NCBI GenBank assembly: GCA_001793945.1
Contig: MGIW01000003.1
Span: 65,630-129,629, forward strand
DNA length: 64,000 nt
Origin: Candidatus Wolfebacteria bacterium RIFOXYD12_FULL_48_21
Lineage (GTDB): Bacteria > Patescibacteriota > Minisyncoccia > UBA6257 > UBA9933
Direction: 5' to 3'
Numbering within the stretch: position 1 is the stretch's first letter; each line of letters opens with the position of its first letter. Shown one piece after another: positions 37,130-46,452 of the stretch. A program made the translations under genes and the position numbers. Below the pieces are notes generated by a model. The model saw only the letters and a program-made list of their open reading frames with translations. It made no database searches and was not told where the DNA came from.

Positions 37130-37657
37130 TTATTTCAGCATTCCCAATTCTTTGAGTGCCTTTTCGTAGATGGTTATGATATTCCACCCCTCTTTTGCGG
37201 TCAGTGAAAGTGCTGGTTCCTTTTGCGTCCGTACCACCAACCGATGCGCTTCGCGCACCTCCCGTATATTTATCACGCGCATCTCGTCCGTTTTGGCGAG
37301 CCGTTCATCCATGTCCTTTCCGACGATGCCCGCATTTTTGAGCGCTTCATCCAATATCTTATTCGCATCTCCAAGCGCCTTTTTCAGCTTCGCGCCGCTT
37401 CCTTTTGCCGCTTCAACTTGCAGGTCTTTCCACATGCGCCGCTGTTTTTCTTTTGATAGATCAATGACGCCCCATTTCATCAAAAACTTATCCCGTTTCA
37501 TTCCGAGCGTCTTCAAGCGTCGCATCATGATCACCACAAAAAACAACAGTACGCCCGTGATGACCAACGAAAATGCCCGCAAGGCCGGAAGCTTGCTTAG
37601 ATATGCGTCAAACAGATAGACGCCCACTTTTGTTAGTCCCTCAACGAATTCGTTCAT
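37130..37657 (-). CDS. Hypothetical membrane-associated protein
   Basis: One N-terminal TM helix and a charged helical C-terminal part. Translationally coupled to gatA (4-bp overlap). Confidence 0.4.
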   Translation of the reverse strand: MNEFVEGLTKVGVYLFDAYLSKLPALRAFSLVITGVLLFFVVIMMRRLKTLGMKRDKFLMKWGVIDLSKEKQRRMWKDLQVEAAKGSGAKLKKALGDANKILDEALKNAGIVGKDMDERLAKTDEMRVINIREVREAHRLVVRTQKEPALSLTAKEGWNIITIYEKALKELGMLK

Positions 37658-39129
37658 AGTTCAACAGGCTCACTATTTCTCAGTCGTTCATACATTTGTC
37701 CTATTCCTAAAATGTCCGCTTCGCGAAACGGCTTTCCTATTAGCTGAAATCCGACCGGTAATTCACCTCCTTCATATGCGCGCACCGGGATCGAAATACC
37801 CGGCAACCCTGCCAAGTTTAGCGGAATGGTAAATATATCAGACAGATACATTTGCAAAGGATCGCTTGTTTTTTCGCCAATCTTGAACGCGGTGGTCGGA
37901 GCGACCGGCGTCAATATGACATCAACTTCCTTGAATGCGTTGTCGAAATCTTCTTTGATCAACTTGCGCACCTTTTGCGCTTTCGCATAGTAGGCGTCGT
38001 AATAACCGGACGACAGCACATAGGTTCCCAACATAACGCGCCTGCGCACTTCGCGCCCAAACCCTTTGCCCCGCTGCGCGTGGTATATGCCAAGCAAATT
38101 CTTCGGCTCATGTTCCTGCAGTTCGTCCAAGCGGCCATATCGTATGCCGTCGAAGCGCGCTACATTCGAGCTTACTTCCGCAGGCATGATGATATAGTAG
38201 CATGACAATGCGTGTTTTGTATTTGGCAAGCTGATCTCCTTTACCTCGATGCCGAGGCTCTTGATCTTTTCTATGGCCGCGCCGATTTCCTGCTTTGTGC
38301 GCTCGTCGATACCTTCTATAAAATATTCCTTGGGCAGACCTACGCGCAACTTTTTTATATTCTCTAATCGCGGATGTAGCAGCTCGTCGCTATACTCAGC
38401 ATCGACGCTTGTCGCATCGAGCGGATCTTTTCCTTTGATTGCGTTAAACAATATCGCCGCGTCTTCGACCGTTTTTGTCAACGGACCAATCTGATCAAGA
38501 CTCGACGCCATAGCTATGGCACCCGAACGCGATACCGCACCATAGGTCGGCTTCAACCCGACCACGCCGCACAAACTTGCCGGCTGGCGAATGGAACCGC
38601 CTGTGTCGGTACCGAGCGCCGCCACGGCCATGTGCGCCGCGACCGCCGCGGCGGAACCTCCCGACGAACCTCCCGGCACGCGCTCGAGGTCGTGCGGATT
38701 CTTTGTCACCTTAAATGCCGAGTTTTCCGTAGACGAACCCATGGCGAATTCATCCATGTTCGTTTTGCCCAAAAATATCGCACCCGCTTCCTTGAGCTTC
38801 TTGATTACGGTCGCATCATATGCGGCGGTATACTTTTCCAACATTTTCGATGCGGCGGTCGCGGGCAGACCTTTCACCAGTAAGTTGTCCTTGATTGCCA
38901 TTGGCACACCTGCCAACGGCCCGATGTCTTCGCCTTTTGCGATAGCAACATCGACGGCTGTGGCTGCGGCCAACGCACCATCTTTATCCAAACTCAAATA
39001 CGCCTGCACTTCCGCATCACGCGTTTCGATATAATCAAAAAACTCCTTCGTCAATGCAAAGGCGGTAAACTCCTTGTTCTTCAATCCTTCCTGGATCTTT
39101 TTAATTGTTAAATCTTTTAGAAAAAGCAT
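37654..39129 (-). CDS. gatA: Glutamyl-tRNA(Gln)/aspartyl-tRNA(Asn) amidotransferase subunit A
   Basis: Amidase signature GGSSGGSAAAVAA and Ser-cisSer-Lys triad region. 491 aa. Confidence 0.9.
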   Translation of the reverse strand: MLFLKDLTIKKIQEGLKNKEFTAFALTKEFFDYIETRDAEVQAYLSLDKDGALAAATAVDVAIAKGEDIGPLAGVPMAIKDNLLVKGLPATAASKMLEKYTAAYDATVIKKLKEAGAIFLGKTNMDEFAMGSSTENSAFKVTKNPHDLERVPGGSSGGSAAAVAAHMAVAALGTDTGGSIRQPASLCGVVGLKPTYGAVSRSGAIAMASSLDQIGPLTKTVEDAAILFNAIKGKDPLDATSVDAEYSDELLHPRLENIKKLRVGLPKEYFIEGIDERTKQEIGAAIEKIKSLGIEVKEISLPNTKHALSCYYIIMPAEVSSNVARFDGIRYGRLDELQEHEPKNLLGIYHAQRGKGFGREVRRRVMLGTYVLSSGYYDAYYAKAQKVRKLIKEDFDNAFKEVDVILTPVAPTTAFKIGEKTSDPLQMYLSDIFTIPLNLAGLPGISIPVRAYEGGELPVGFQLIGKPFREADILGIGQMYERLRNSEPVEL

Positions 39130-39145
39130 GGATTTTGTTATTCCG

Positions 39146-39278
39146 GCCTCCGTTATGTGTCATTCCTGCGAAAGCAGGGATCTATGTATTGTCATCCCGG
39201 GCGAAGTGGAACGGAGTCGAGGGATCTGCTACAGATTCCTCGGCTCCGCAGAGTACCGCTCCACTCGGAATGACATAC
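39146..39278. repeat. MITE-like repeat cluster
   Basis: TGTCATTCCTGCGAAAGCAGGGATC, TGTCATCCCGGGCGAAGTGGAACGGAGTCGAGGGATCTG, CTCGGAATGACAT. Confidence 0.6.
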
Positions 39279-39279
39279 C

Positions 39280-39591
39280 TTACTCTTGCTCCCCAAAAAC
39301 CGCAGGAACTTTCAAATACCCGCGTGCATGTTCCGGAAACGCATCAATAATATCTTTCGATGACCCATTCATCTCGCTTCGCGTATCCGCGTCGTCTTCA
39401 CGAAACACATTCCGCTGGGCGGTTCCTCCGGTCATCGGCTCCACATTCGTGGTATCCACTTCGTTCAATTCCTCAAAGTGGGTCAGGATTTCTTCCAGAT
39501 CTCCTGCGATTTTCTTTTTCTCGCCCCCCTCAAGGTCCATACGGGACAGTTTTGCCAGATATTCAACTGTCTCCTCGGTAATATGCGTCAT
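39280..39591 (-). CDS. gatC: Glu/Asp-tRNA amidotransferase subunit C
   Basis: Size, position immediately upstream of gatA, and N-terminus MTHITEETVEYLAKLSRMDL. Confidence 0.8.
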   Translation of the reverse strand: MTHITEETVEYLAKLSRMDLEGGEKKKIAGDLEEILTHFEELNEVDTTNVEPMTGGTAQRNVFREDDADTRSEMNGSSKDIIDAFPEHARGYLKVPAVFGEQE

Positions 39592-39695
39592 AGTTTCATT
39601 CTATATGATTTACATAAGGATGCAACATCCGATAAAAAAGACCTATTTATCATTGCGGACCATATCCGCAAATCAAAACAGGTTTTACTTTCCCA

Positions 39696-40160
39696 TTATC
39701 CACATAGTGGGCCGCGAAAGATAAATTGCCTACCGATGGACCACTCGCCCGGCGCATCTTTCGAAAATGCGTGTATGCTCCACCCATTAAGAATCCACTC
39801 AATGCGAATGGCGTACTCCGCGATAAAAAATACTTGTCGAGTCTGCTTGCTTAGCTTGCCGCTACGCAACGCACCAAGCAGATCCCCGTAGCTCGTTTGC
39901 GCCTTTTCACCGCAGCCTATCTCGGCGATGATATCGCGACTCGGCACAGCTCGCCGCAACACAGTACGGCTAAGCCGCGTGCCACTTTGAGCGCATACTC
40001 TTTCATTTTTGGTGATGTCCCGGAATGATGGGTCAATGTATGCTATCCCATTCTTTCCCATCACAAACTCATCGCCGACCAAGCACTCTTTGATTTGCGC
40101 TACGCGTATCAAACCTACACATCTCAATAACCTCATGGATATATCCTCCTTGACCGCCAT
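39696..40160 (-). CDS. Hypothetical protein
   Basis: 154-aa ORF with acceptable codon usage. Weak, unconvincing resemblance to 3-methyladenine DNA glycosylase blocks. Confidence 0.3.
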   Translation of the reverse strand: MAVKEDISMRLLRCVGLIRVAQIKECLVGDEFVMGKNGIAYIDPSFRDITKNERVCAQSGTRLSRTVLRRAVPSRDIIAEIGCGEKAQTSYGDLLGALRSGKLSKQTRQVFFIAEYAIRIEWILNGWSIHAFSKDAPGEWSIGRQFIFRGPLCG

Positions 40161-40207
40161 TTAAAATATCTTCACTTAGCGTATATCCCCGCTACTCCCT
40201 CGTCAAG

Positions 40208-40984
40208 TCACAGCACGAACAGCAAGAACAACACCGCTACGGCGATGCGGTACACGCCGAACGAAACGAATGTATTCCGTTGCACATAGCGAAGCAGCCA
40301 TTTGATGCTTACCAACGCCACGAAAAACGAAACAATGAAACCAACCGCCAGTACATCAAACTGGTCGGCTGAAAAATCTTTGTAGCTTTTAGACAGGTCG
40401 AGCACCGTGGCCGCCAGCATGGTCGGCACGGCAAGCAGGAACGAAAACTCCACGATAGTCTTGCGCTTCAAGCCCGCCAACATGCCACCCACAATGGTCG
40501 CCGCCGAGCGCGACACGCCCGGGACCATGGCGACCGATTGTGCTACGCCGATCAATGCCGCGCGCCAGTACGACAGGTGTGCCACATCTTCCACCGCATC
40601 TTCTTTTTCATTATGCGCAAACTCGAATGCGATCAACAATATACCGCCGACTAACAACGACAGCACCACTGTCATATTACTACTCAACAAGTATTGTTTT
40701 ACGAACCCGTGCAACAGCAATCCGAGTATGCCGGTCGGAATGAACGCCACGGCGATGCGCTTCATTACTTCCCGCTTTACGAACAGCGACTTCCAATACA
40801 ACACCACCACCGACAAAATGGCGCCGAACTGAATGGCTATCTCGAATGACTTCAGGAAGGTTGTCTGTTCAAGCTGGAGCAGTTTCGCCGTCAGTATTAA
40901 ATGCCCCGTCGAAGAGATCGGCAAAAATTCCGTAATTCCTTCGACGATTCCGAATATGATTGCTTGGAGTAGATTCATTTCCAT
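40208..40984 (-). CDS. uppP: Undecaprenyl-diphosphate phosphatase
   Basis: GITEFLPISSTGHL and C-terminal PGVSRSAATI motifs of the BacA/UppP family. Confidence 0.85.
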   Translation of the reverse strand: MEMNLLQAIIFGIVEGITEFLPISSTGHLILTAKLLQLEQTTFLKSFEIAIQFGAILSVVVLYWKSLFVKREVMKRIAVAFIPTGILGLLLHGFVKQYLLSSNMTVVLSLLVGGILLIAFEFAHNEKEDAVEDVAHLSYWRAALIGVAQSVAMVPGVSRSAATIVGGMLAGLKRKTIVEFSFLLAVPTMLAATVLDLSKSYKDFSADQFDVLAVGFIVSFFVALVSIKWLLRYVQRNTFVSFGVYRIAVAVLFLLFVL

Positions 40985-40997
40985 ATAACAAATAATG

Positions 40998-41098
40998 ATT
41001 TGTCATCCCGAGCGAATCCGTCAGCCGACGGAGGAGCCGAGGGATCTGCTACAGATTCCTCGGCTACGCGGAGTACCGTTTCGCTCGGAATGACAAGC
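40998..41098. repeat. MITE-like repeat
   Basis: TGTCATCCCGAGCGAATCCGTCAGCCGACGGAGGAGCCGAGGGATCTG ... CTCGGAATGACAA. Confidence 0.6.
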
Positions 41099-41101
41099 TC
41101 C

Positions 41102-41878
41102 TTAAATTCCAAACGCACTCTTTGCATTTTGTACCGTCTGCTTGCACACTTCTTCAAATGGCGCCTTTCGTACTCCCGCGAGCGCCCGGGCGACTTCTAT
41201 TACATAGGAAGGCTCATTGCGCTTTCCCCGATATGGCTCAGGTGCCACGAACGGTGCATCTGTTTCGATCAATATGCGCTCCTTCGGAATGTACCGCAGT
41301 ATCTCGTCGAATTCCCGATTAAATGTGATCAGCCCGCCGAAGGTGAACGAGAAACCAAAATCCAAAAATGTTTTTGCGTCTTCCTTTGTTCCGGTAAAGA
41401 AATGCAGGATGCCCGGCACTTCTGCCGGCATGTCGGCTATCTGTTTTTTTATGACGCTTTTTACATCCGAAAATGCATCGCGGCAATGCACCATGAGCGG
41501 CTTTTCCAGCTCTATTGCCAATGCGATGTGCTGTTCGAACAGTTCTATTTGTCGCTCGCGCTCTTCGTTGAACAAATGCGGTTCCACGCGAAAATAATCC
41601 AACCCGCACTCGCCGATGGCTACCACCTTTGCATGCTTGCCTGTTTTTACATACCAATCGTAATCAAACACCTCCCGCTCATCGGGGTGCTGGCCGATAG
41701 TCGCAAAAACGCCCTCCGGATAGGCATTACACAAGTCAACCGCAGCTTGGGAATCCTTGCGGGTCGTTCCCACATTGACCATCCATATCTCTTTTTCAAG
41801 CGCTCGTTTGACGACCTCGTCCCGATCGGGATTGAATTGTTTTAGTTGCACATGCGTGTGCGAATCGATAAGTTTCAT
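41102..41878 (-). CDS. tatD: TatD-family metal-dependent DNase/hydrolase
   Basis: LIDSHTHV metal-binding start and further conserved His/Glu/Asp residues. ~258 aa. Confidence 0.8.
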   Translation of the reverse strand: MKLIDSHTHVQLKQFNPDRDEVVKRALEKEIWMVNVGTTRKDSQAAVDLCNAYPEGVFATIGQHPDEREVFDYDWYVKTGKHAKVVAIGECGLDYFRVEPHLFNEERERQIELFEQHIALAIELEKPLMVHCRDAFSDVKSVIKKQIADMPAEVPGILHFFTGTKEDAKTFLDFGFSFTFGGLITFNREFDEILRYIPKERILIETDAPFVAPEPYRGKRNEPSYVIEVARALAGVRKAPFEEVCKQTVQNAKSAFGI

Positions 41879-41895
41879 CTGTTTATAATTTGTTC

Positions 41896-42000
41896 TTGTC
41901 ATCCCCGTCTCAGCCGCTTGTCATCCCTGCGAAAGCAGGGATCTATACCACCGCAGATTCCTTCCGCCAGCAAGCGGACTAAAGGCACAGGAATGACAAA
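41896..42000. repeat. MITE-like repeat cluster
   Basis: TGTCATCCCCGTCTCAGCC, TGTCATCCCTGCGAAAGCAGGGATC, CAGGAATGACAA. Confidence 0.55.
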
Positions 42001-42054
42001 AAGTAAGTATTTTTTTATTTCTCGTACCTCTTACCTCTCATCTCCCACCTCTTG

Positions 42055-43053
42055 TTACAGCGTCGCTTGTCGGTGTTTGCGTGCGGCAAAATCATCTACC
42101 AGTTCCTGCACGACCACCACAAATGGAATGGCGAGGATCACGCCGATAAGCCCATACAGTTGATACCCCGCCACAATGGACAGTGCCACGATGACCGGGT
42201 GGATGCCCGTTGTTTTGCGCATCACCAGCGGAAGCACGATATGCGCTTCAAGTTGATGAATGACAAAAAACAGTATCAGCGTTGCTATGCCCAGCGTCAT
42301 GGATTGGGAGATTGCGATCAGAAACGCCACTGCGCCAGCCACAATAGGCCCAACGAATGGAATGATCTCCAACGCGCCCGCCAAAAGTGCGAGCACCAAC
42401 GCGTAGTTTACGCCAAGCAGTTTTAATCCGATGAACGATGTGATCGCTACGATCAAACTTAAAAATATCTGCCCCTCGAGCCACTTGCCTATTTTCTTTC
42501 GCGCACGATGCATGACCCCAATTGCATACCCTTCATATTCGATCGGCAACACGGCACGCAAAAACCCTTCAATGCCGTCGCGATACCATGCGAGATAAAT
42601 AGATATAACCACAACCGTGACGAACATGACCATATTCTCGAACAACTGCGGTATGAACTTGCCGATGGAAAATCCACCCGCGGTCAATGAATCACCCAGC
42701 CCGCTCAAGCCTCCGCCGATATTCGGTATGCCGACCAAACTGCCAAGTGCCGCTTCAAGCATGCCGACATTGTCCGCAAGGTCCTTCATTTCAATAAGCA
42801 CGATTGGCACGACCGTGTAGATTAGCAGTGCGACAATCGAAAATGCGGAAGCCATCATGAACAGAATCCCCATGATGCGCGGGATCTTTTGCTTTTCAAG
42901 CCAATTAAGTGGAGCATCCAGCGCGGACGAAATGACGATAGCCAAAAACAATACGGCAAACACTTCCCGCATGAAATACACCATACTGGCCGCCGTGACC
43001 ATAATCACGATACGCCACAACGAGTTCCAGGTTATATCCAAGTTCCGCTCCAT
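42055..43053 (-). CDS. AI-2E family (PerM/UPF0118) transporter
   Basis: 8 TM helices with a long central loop. Family-typical C-terminal region. Confidence 0.7.
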   Translation of the reverse strand: MERNLDITWNSLWRIVIMVTAASMVYFMREVFAVLFLAIVISSALDAPLNWLEKQKIPRIMGILFMMASAFSIVALLIYTVVPIVLIEMKDLADNVGMLEAALGSLVGIPNIGGGLSGLGDSLTAGGFSIGKFIPQLFENMVMFVTVVVISIYLAWYRDGIEGFLRAVLPIEYEGYAIGVMHRARKKIGKWLEGQIFLSLIVAITSFIGLKLLGVNYALVLALLAGALEIIPFVGPIVAGAVAFLIAISQSMTLGIATLILFFVIHQLEAHIVLPLVMRKTTGIHPVIVALSIVAGYQLYGLIGVILAIPFVVVVQELVDDFAARKHRQATL

Positions 43054-43092
43054 GGCTCCATTGTACTTTGTGCTTGACCTTTTTTCAATTGA

Positions 43093-43130
43093 CTGTCATT
43101 CCCGTCCGCCAGCTGGCGGAGGAATCCACT
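43093..43130. repeat. MITE-like repeat (single palindrome)
   Basis: TGTCATTCCCGTCCGCCAGCTGGCGGAGGAATCCA. Confidence 0.55.
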
Positions 43131-43173
43131 TCATCATCTCGCCGCTCGCGGCAATTTAATTATTGCTATTTTG

Positions 43174-43244
43174 TCAGGCTGCCGGGAATCGAACCCGGAC
43201 CGCAAGACCCCCAGCCTTGAATACTACCACTATACGACAGCCTG
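43174..43244 (-). tRNA. tRNA-Pro (anticodon GGG)
   Basis: Manually folded: acceptor stem CAGGCTG/CAGCCTG, U8, A14, G18G19, anticodon stem CAAGG/TCTTG, loop CTGGGGG (U33, G37), T-arm CCGGG-TTCGATT-CCCGG, discriminator A. No encoded CCA. Confidence 0.75.
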
Positions 43245-43296
43245 TTTTATTACTCATCCACCATACCGAACTTCGGTTCTTTTTTCAATAAAAGTT

Positions 43297-43390
43297 TTGT
43301 CATTCCGATCCGTCAACTGACGGACGAGGAATCTGCCTTCAGATCCCTCGGCTCCTCCGCCAGCTGGCGGATTCACTCGGGATGACAATG
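43297..43390. repeat. MITE-like repeat
   Basis: TGTCATTCCGATCCGTCAACTGACGGACGAGGAATCTG ... CACTCGGGATGACAA. Confidence 0.6.
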
Positions 43391-43395
43391 CAATA

Positions 43396-43425
43396 AAAAA
43401 TCCGCCATAGGGCGGATTTTTTTAC
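43396..43425 (-). terminator. Intrinsic terminator after rpmB
   Basis: Minus strand GTAAAAAAATCCGCCCTATGGCGGATTTTTTATTGC. Confidence 0.65.
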
Positions 43426-43625
43426 TTTGCCGTTGCTTCAGCTTCTTTCTTCTTTACGGTGCGGATGCACTGGGTGCATGCGTTAACACGCAGACCTTCC
43501 ATAACGGTCAGCTTCTGAAGATTCGGATATCGTCTTGTTCGGACGGTCGGGTTGTAGTTGCCGCGGAGCTTTTTGCGCGCGCCGTGCATCATGGAACCTT
43601 TTCCGCAAATTTCACACTGTCTCAT
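43422..43625 (-). CDS. rpmB: 50S ribosomal protein L28
   Basis: 67 aa. MRQCEICGKGSMMHGARKKLRGNYNPT matches the L28 N-terminus. Terminator at 43396-43425. Confidence 0.8.
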   Translation of the reverse strand: MRQCEICGKGSMMHGARKKLRGNYNPTVRTRRYPNLQKLTVMEGLRVNACTQCIRTVKKKEAEATAK

Positions 43626-43854
43626 AGTTTTCGTATATTACCTTAGATTTTTCCACTTGTAAAGCCCCTCGCGGGGCCTTGCAAGTGAATATCGGCTTCG
43701 TGATATCCCGACTGTAAGTCAGGTGGGTGAGTTCAACCGAAGCCCTAAGACCTCGATACTATTACTCTCCCAAATCAACATTGATAACTCGAGAATCATT
43801 GCCGATATTCTATATTCAGTATAGCAGTTCCCCGTAAAAAGAAACACCCCAACT

Positions 43855-43996
43855 TCTGTCATTCCGGCCCACGAGCCGGAATCCACTGCCATTCTCGTGC
43901 GAAACGCACATTATGGTATACATTCCGCATTGGGTTGAACTGGATCCCGGATCACTTCGACAAGCTCAGCGCAAGGTAAGTCCGGGATGACAATGT
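43855..43996. repeat. MITE-like repeat cluster
   Basis: TGTCATTCCGGCCCACGAGCCGGAATCCA ... GTCCGGGATGACAA. Confidence 0.55.
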
Positions 43997-44007
43997 GGAC
44001 GCATACC

Positions 44008-44040
44008 AAAAACGCCCCGAGGGGCGTTTTTGCAAAATCA
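44008..44040 (-). terminator. Intrinsic terminator after ndk
   Basis: AAAAACGCCCCGAGGGGCGTTTTTG, hairpin with flanking A/T runs. Confidence 0.65.
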
Positions 44041-44640
44041 TTCCAATATTCCATCCAAATTCACATCGTACAAAACCTTGTCTTGCACCAGCTTGTAATC
44101 AATCAATTCTTCCTTTTTGAACCAGAGCTCTATTTCCTTGTGCGCATCATCCACGGTTCCCGATGCGTGAAGCAGGTTGCGAATCGCGCGCTTATCTATG
44201 TCGGCCAACTGATATGAATCAATGACATAATCTCCACGGATCGTTCCCACATCCGAGGAAAGCGGCTCGGTCGAACCGGTCAGCTTGCGCACGATTTTTA
44301 CCGCGTGCACACCTTCCCACACCATCGCAACCACCGGACCCGAGGTCATGAATGTTTTTAAATGTCCGAGAATAATTCCCGTGATCTCATGCGGATCTTC
44401 AGACGGAGGCGTTTGCCCCTTATCCCGATAGCCCTTAATGGTCTTTTCGCCCGTGATGCGGCGCCATTCCGGATCTATCGTGTAATGCTTTTCGATGAAA
44501 GCAGGATCGGCAACCATCATTTTCATACCCGCCAACTTGAGCCCCGATCGTTCAAAACGCTTTATGATCTCGCCAATGAGCGAGCGTTGCACTCCGTCCG
44601 GTTTTACCACAACCAATGTTCGTTCTTTTTTCATGTTCAT
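44038..44640 (-). CDS. ndk: Nucleoside diphosphate kinase with ~50-aa internal insertion
   Basis: LVVVKPDGVQRSLIGEII and catalytic-His region NLLHASG. 200 aa versus ~140 aa canonical. Terminator at 44008-44040. Confidence 0.8.
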   Translation of the reverse strand: MNMKKERTLVVVKPDGVQRSLIGEIIKRFERSGLKLAGMKMMVADPAFIEKHYTIDPEWRRITGEKTIKGYRDKGQTPPSEDPHEITGIILGHLKTFMTSGPVVAMVWEGVHAVKIVRKLTGSTEPLSSDVGTIRGDYVIDSYQLADIDKRAIRNLLHASGTVDDAHKEIELWFKKEELIDYKLVQDKVLYDVNLDGILE

Positions 44641-44747
44641 GAGTATTCGCGAATAATGCGAATTTAAAATTTAATAATGCGAATCATCCAATTCTACATT
44701 TCTATTAGCATTATTTGCCTACGATTTGCATTATTGGCGATCACTCC

Positions 44748-46145
44748 TTATTTTTTCTTATCTACCTTAATTTGCAATTCCTTCAACTGCTTTTCCGTGA
44801 ACTCCGATGGGGCGTCGACCATCAGGTCGCGGCCATCGCCGGTCTTCGGGAATGCGATGACTTCGCGAATGTTCGGTTCGTTCTGCAGGATCATGACGAT
44901 GCGGTCGATGCCCGGGGCGATGCCGCCATGGGGCGGAGTGCCCAGCTTGAACGCATCAAGCATGTGCCCATAATCGGCTTGGATCTTTTCGTCTGAATAG
45001 CCCATGATCTCCAACACCTTATGTAACGCTTCAGGGCGATGGTTGCGGATACTTCCTCCACCGATCTCGTATCCGTTCAATACAATGTCGTATTGATCGG
45101 CCAATATCTCGGCGATGCTTTCCTTGTTCATCAGCGAATCCATGTGCTCAGGTTGCGGAGCGGAAAACGGATTGTGCGTAAAGGTCCACCCGCCCGTCTC
45201 TTCGTCCTTTTCAAAAAACGGGAAATCGATGACCCAACAGAATGCGAGCAGGTCCGGATCGTTCTTGTCTTCACGAATGTCGGGCCTGTCGTTGCCGTAC
45301 TTTTCCATCGATTCCTTGTAGGTGATTCGCGGGAACGGTTTTTGCTGGATGCGCTTGTTCGGATAGTGCGTTTCAACAAGCTTGATGAGCATGTCTTCGA
45401 TGATGTCCATTACTTCCCCGCTTTTGGCAAAGCTCATTTCCATATCGAGCTGAGTGAACTCCGGCTGGCGGTCACCACGGGTGTCTTCATCGCGGAAACA
45501 GCGGGCTATTTGAAAGTATCGTTCCAACCCGGCCACCATCAGCAACTGCTTATATTGCTGGGGCGATTGCGGCAATGCATAACACTTACCCGGATAGATG
45601 CGCGACGGCACCAAGTAATCGCGGGAGCCCTCCGGTGTGGCCTTGCCGAGCGCCGGGGTTTCCACTTCGATAAAGTCGAGCTCGGACAAATAATTTCTGA
45701 AAAAGTTCACCACCTTTGCGCGCATCTTCAAGTTTTTTTCCATGCGCTCGCGCCGCAGATCGAGCGGGCGATATTTCATGCGGGCCTCTTCGCTGATCTC
45801 CCGGCCATCGGTATCGATCGGGATCGGCAGCTCTTCCGCTTTGTTCAATATTTCCAATCCTTCGGCAAGTATTTCATATGCCCCGAATTCCTGATCGGCG
45901 TTTACCATGTTGTCGGGCCTCTTGTTCACCTTGCCCGTCAAACGCACCACCCATTCGGCGCGCAATTCACTTGCCGCCTCGTGCACTTCCTGCGGTTTCG
46001 GCAAAAAAACAACCTGCACCAGACCACTTCTATCTTTCAGGTCGATAAAAATTAGCTTCCCGTGGTCGCGACGGTTTCGCACCCACCCTTCAAGCACGAC
46101 AGACTCGCCCTCTTTGGCGATCATTTCTCTAATAAGTGTCCGCAT
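44748..46145 (-). CDS. aspS: Aspartate--tRNA ligase, short archaeal/eukaryal-like form without GAD insertion (probably non-discriminating)
   Basis: N-terminal OB-fold and class II motifs 1-3 (FRDEDTRGDRQPEFTQLD, GGGSIR). 465 aa. gatCA is present in the window. Confidence 0.9.
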   Translation of the reverse strand: MRTLIREMIAKEGESVVLEGWVRNRRDHGKLIFIDLKDRSGLVQVVFLPKPQEVHEAASELRAEWVVRLTGKVNKRPDNMVNADQEFGAYEILAEGLEILNKAEELPIPIDTDGREISEEARMKYRPLDLRRERMEKNLKMRAKVVNFFRNYLSELDFIEVETPALGKATPEGSRDYLVPSRIYPGKCYALPQSPQQYKQLLMVAGLERYFQIARCFRDEDTRGDRQPEFTQLDMEMSFAKSGEVMDIIEDMLIKLVETHYPNKRIQQKPFPRITYKESMEKYGNDRPDIREDKNDPDLLAFCWVIDFPFFEKDEETGGWTFTHNPFSAPQPEHMDSLMNKESIAEILADQYDIVLNGYEIGGGSIRNHRPEALHKVLEIMGYSDEKIQADYGHMLDAFKLGTPPHGGIAPGIDRIVMILQNEPNIREVIAFPKTGDGRDLMVDAPSEFTEKQLKELQIKVDKKK

Positions 46146-46184
46146 AGTGGTACAACATTAGCATTTTTGCACCTCCTTCGCAAC

Positions 46185-46218
46185 AAAAAAAATCGCACTC
46201 ACCTTTCGATGAGTGCGG
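46185..46218 (-). terminator. Intrinsic terminator ending the cassette transcription unit, upstream of the aspS promoter/RBS
   Basis: Minus strand CGCACTCATCGAAAGGTGAGTGCGATTTTTTTTG. Confidence 0.7.
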
Positions 46219-46224
46219 TTACTA

Positions 46225-46297
46225 CGCTTCGTCAATTTTTTAGATAGTGTGGTTTTATTCCACCTTTAGCGTCGGTTATGCGTGCTCAAGCCCGACG
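46225..46297 (-). repeat. Cassette 3' trailer module, copy 1 (palindrome CGTCGG-N16-CCGACG plus GGTGG..CCAC stem plus A-run with TTGACG)
   Basis: CGCTTCGTCAATTTTTTAGATAGTGTGGTTTTATTCCACCTTTAGCGTCGGTTATGCGTGCTCAAGCCCGACG. ~85-90% identical to the copies at 46573-46646, 49686-49761 and 49981-50051. Confidence 0.65.
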
Positions 46298-46304
46298 AGT
46301 ACCG

Positions 46305-46451
46305 CTACCCGTTGTAATCAACGATTAGCGGACATGTTACTATCGCCACAACCCCCACCAGGATTACAGCTGGGATCCAATGCCCGAACCCGAGTATTGA
46401 TATCCCCATACAAACCGCCATGGTAGCGGCCCACTGATATATAATTTTCAT
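46305..46451 (-). CDS. 48-aa hydrophobic small peptide (cassette ORF-1; type I toxin-like or bacteriocin-like)
   Basis: MKIIYQWAATMAVCMGISILGFGHWIPAVILVGVVAIVTCPLIVDYNG. Strong RBS GGAGGcagtATG immediately preceded by the hairpin GCCCGGcaaCCGGGC. The ORF-track 80-aa version includes leader sequence. Confidence 0.4.
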   Translation of the reverse strand: MKIIYQWAATMAVCMGISILGFGHWIPAVILVGVVAIVTCPLIVDYNG

Positions 46452-46452
46452 A

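Noticed and set aside
39696-40160. 3-methyladenine DNA glycosylase (Mpg) assignment for the 154-aa ORF
   Set aside because: Only vague resemblance to Mpg blocks, and the conserved ETEAY/GPGxL motifs are not convincingly present. I left it as hypothetical.
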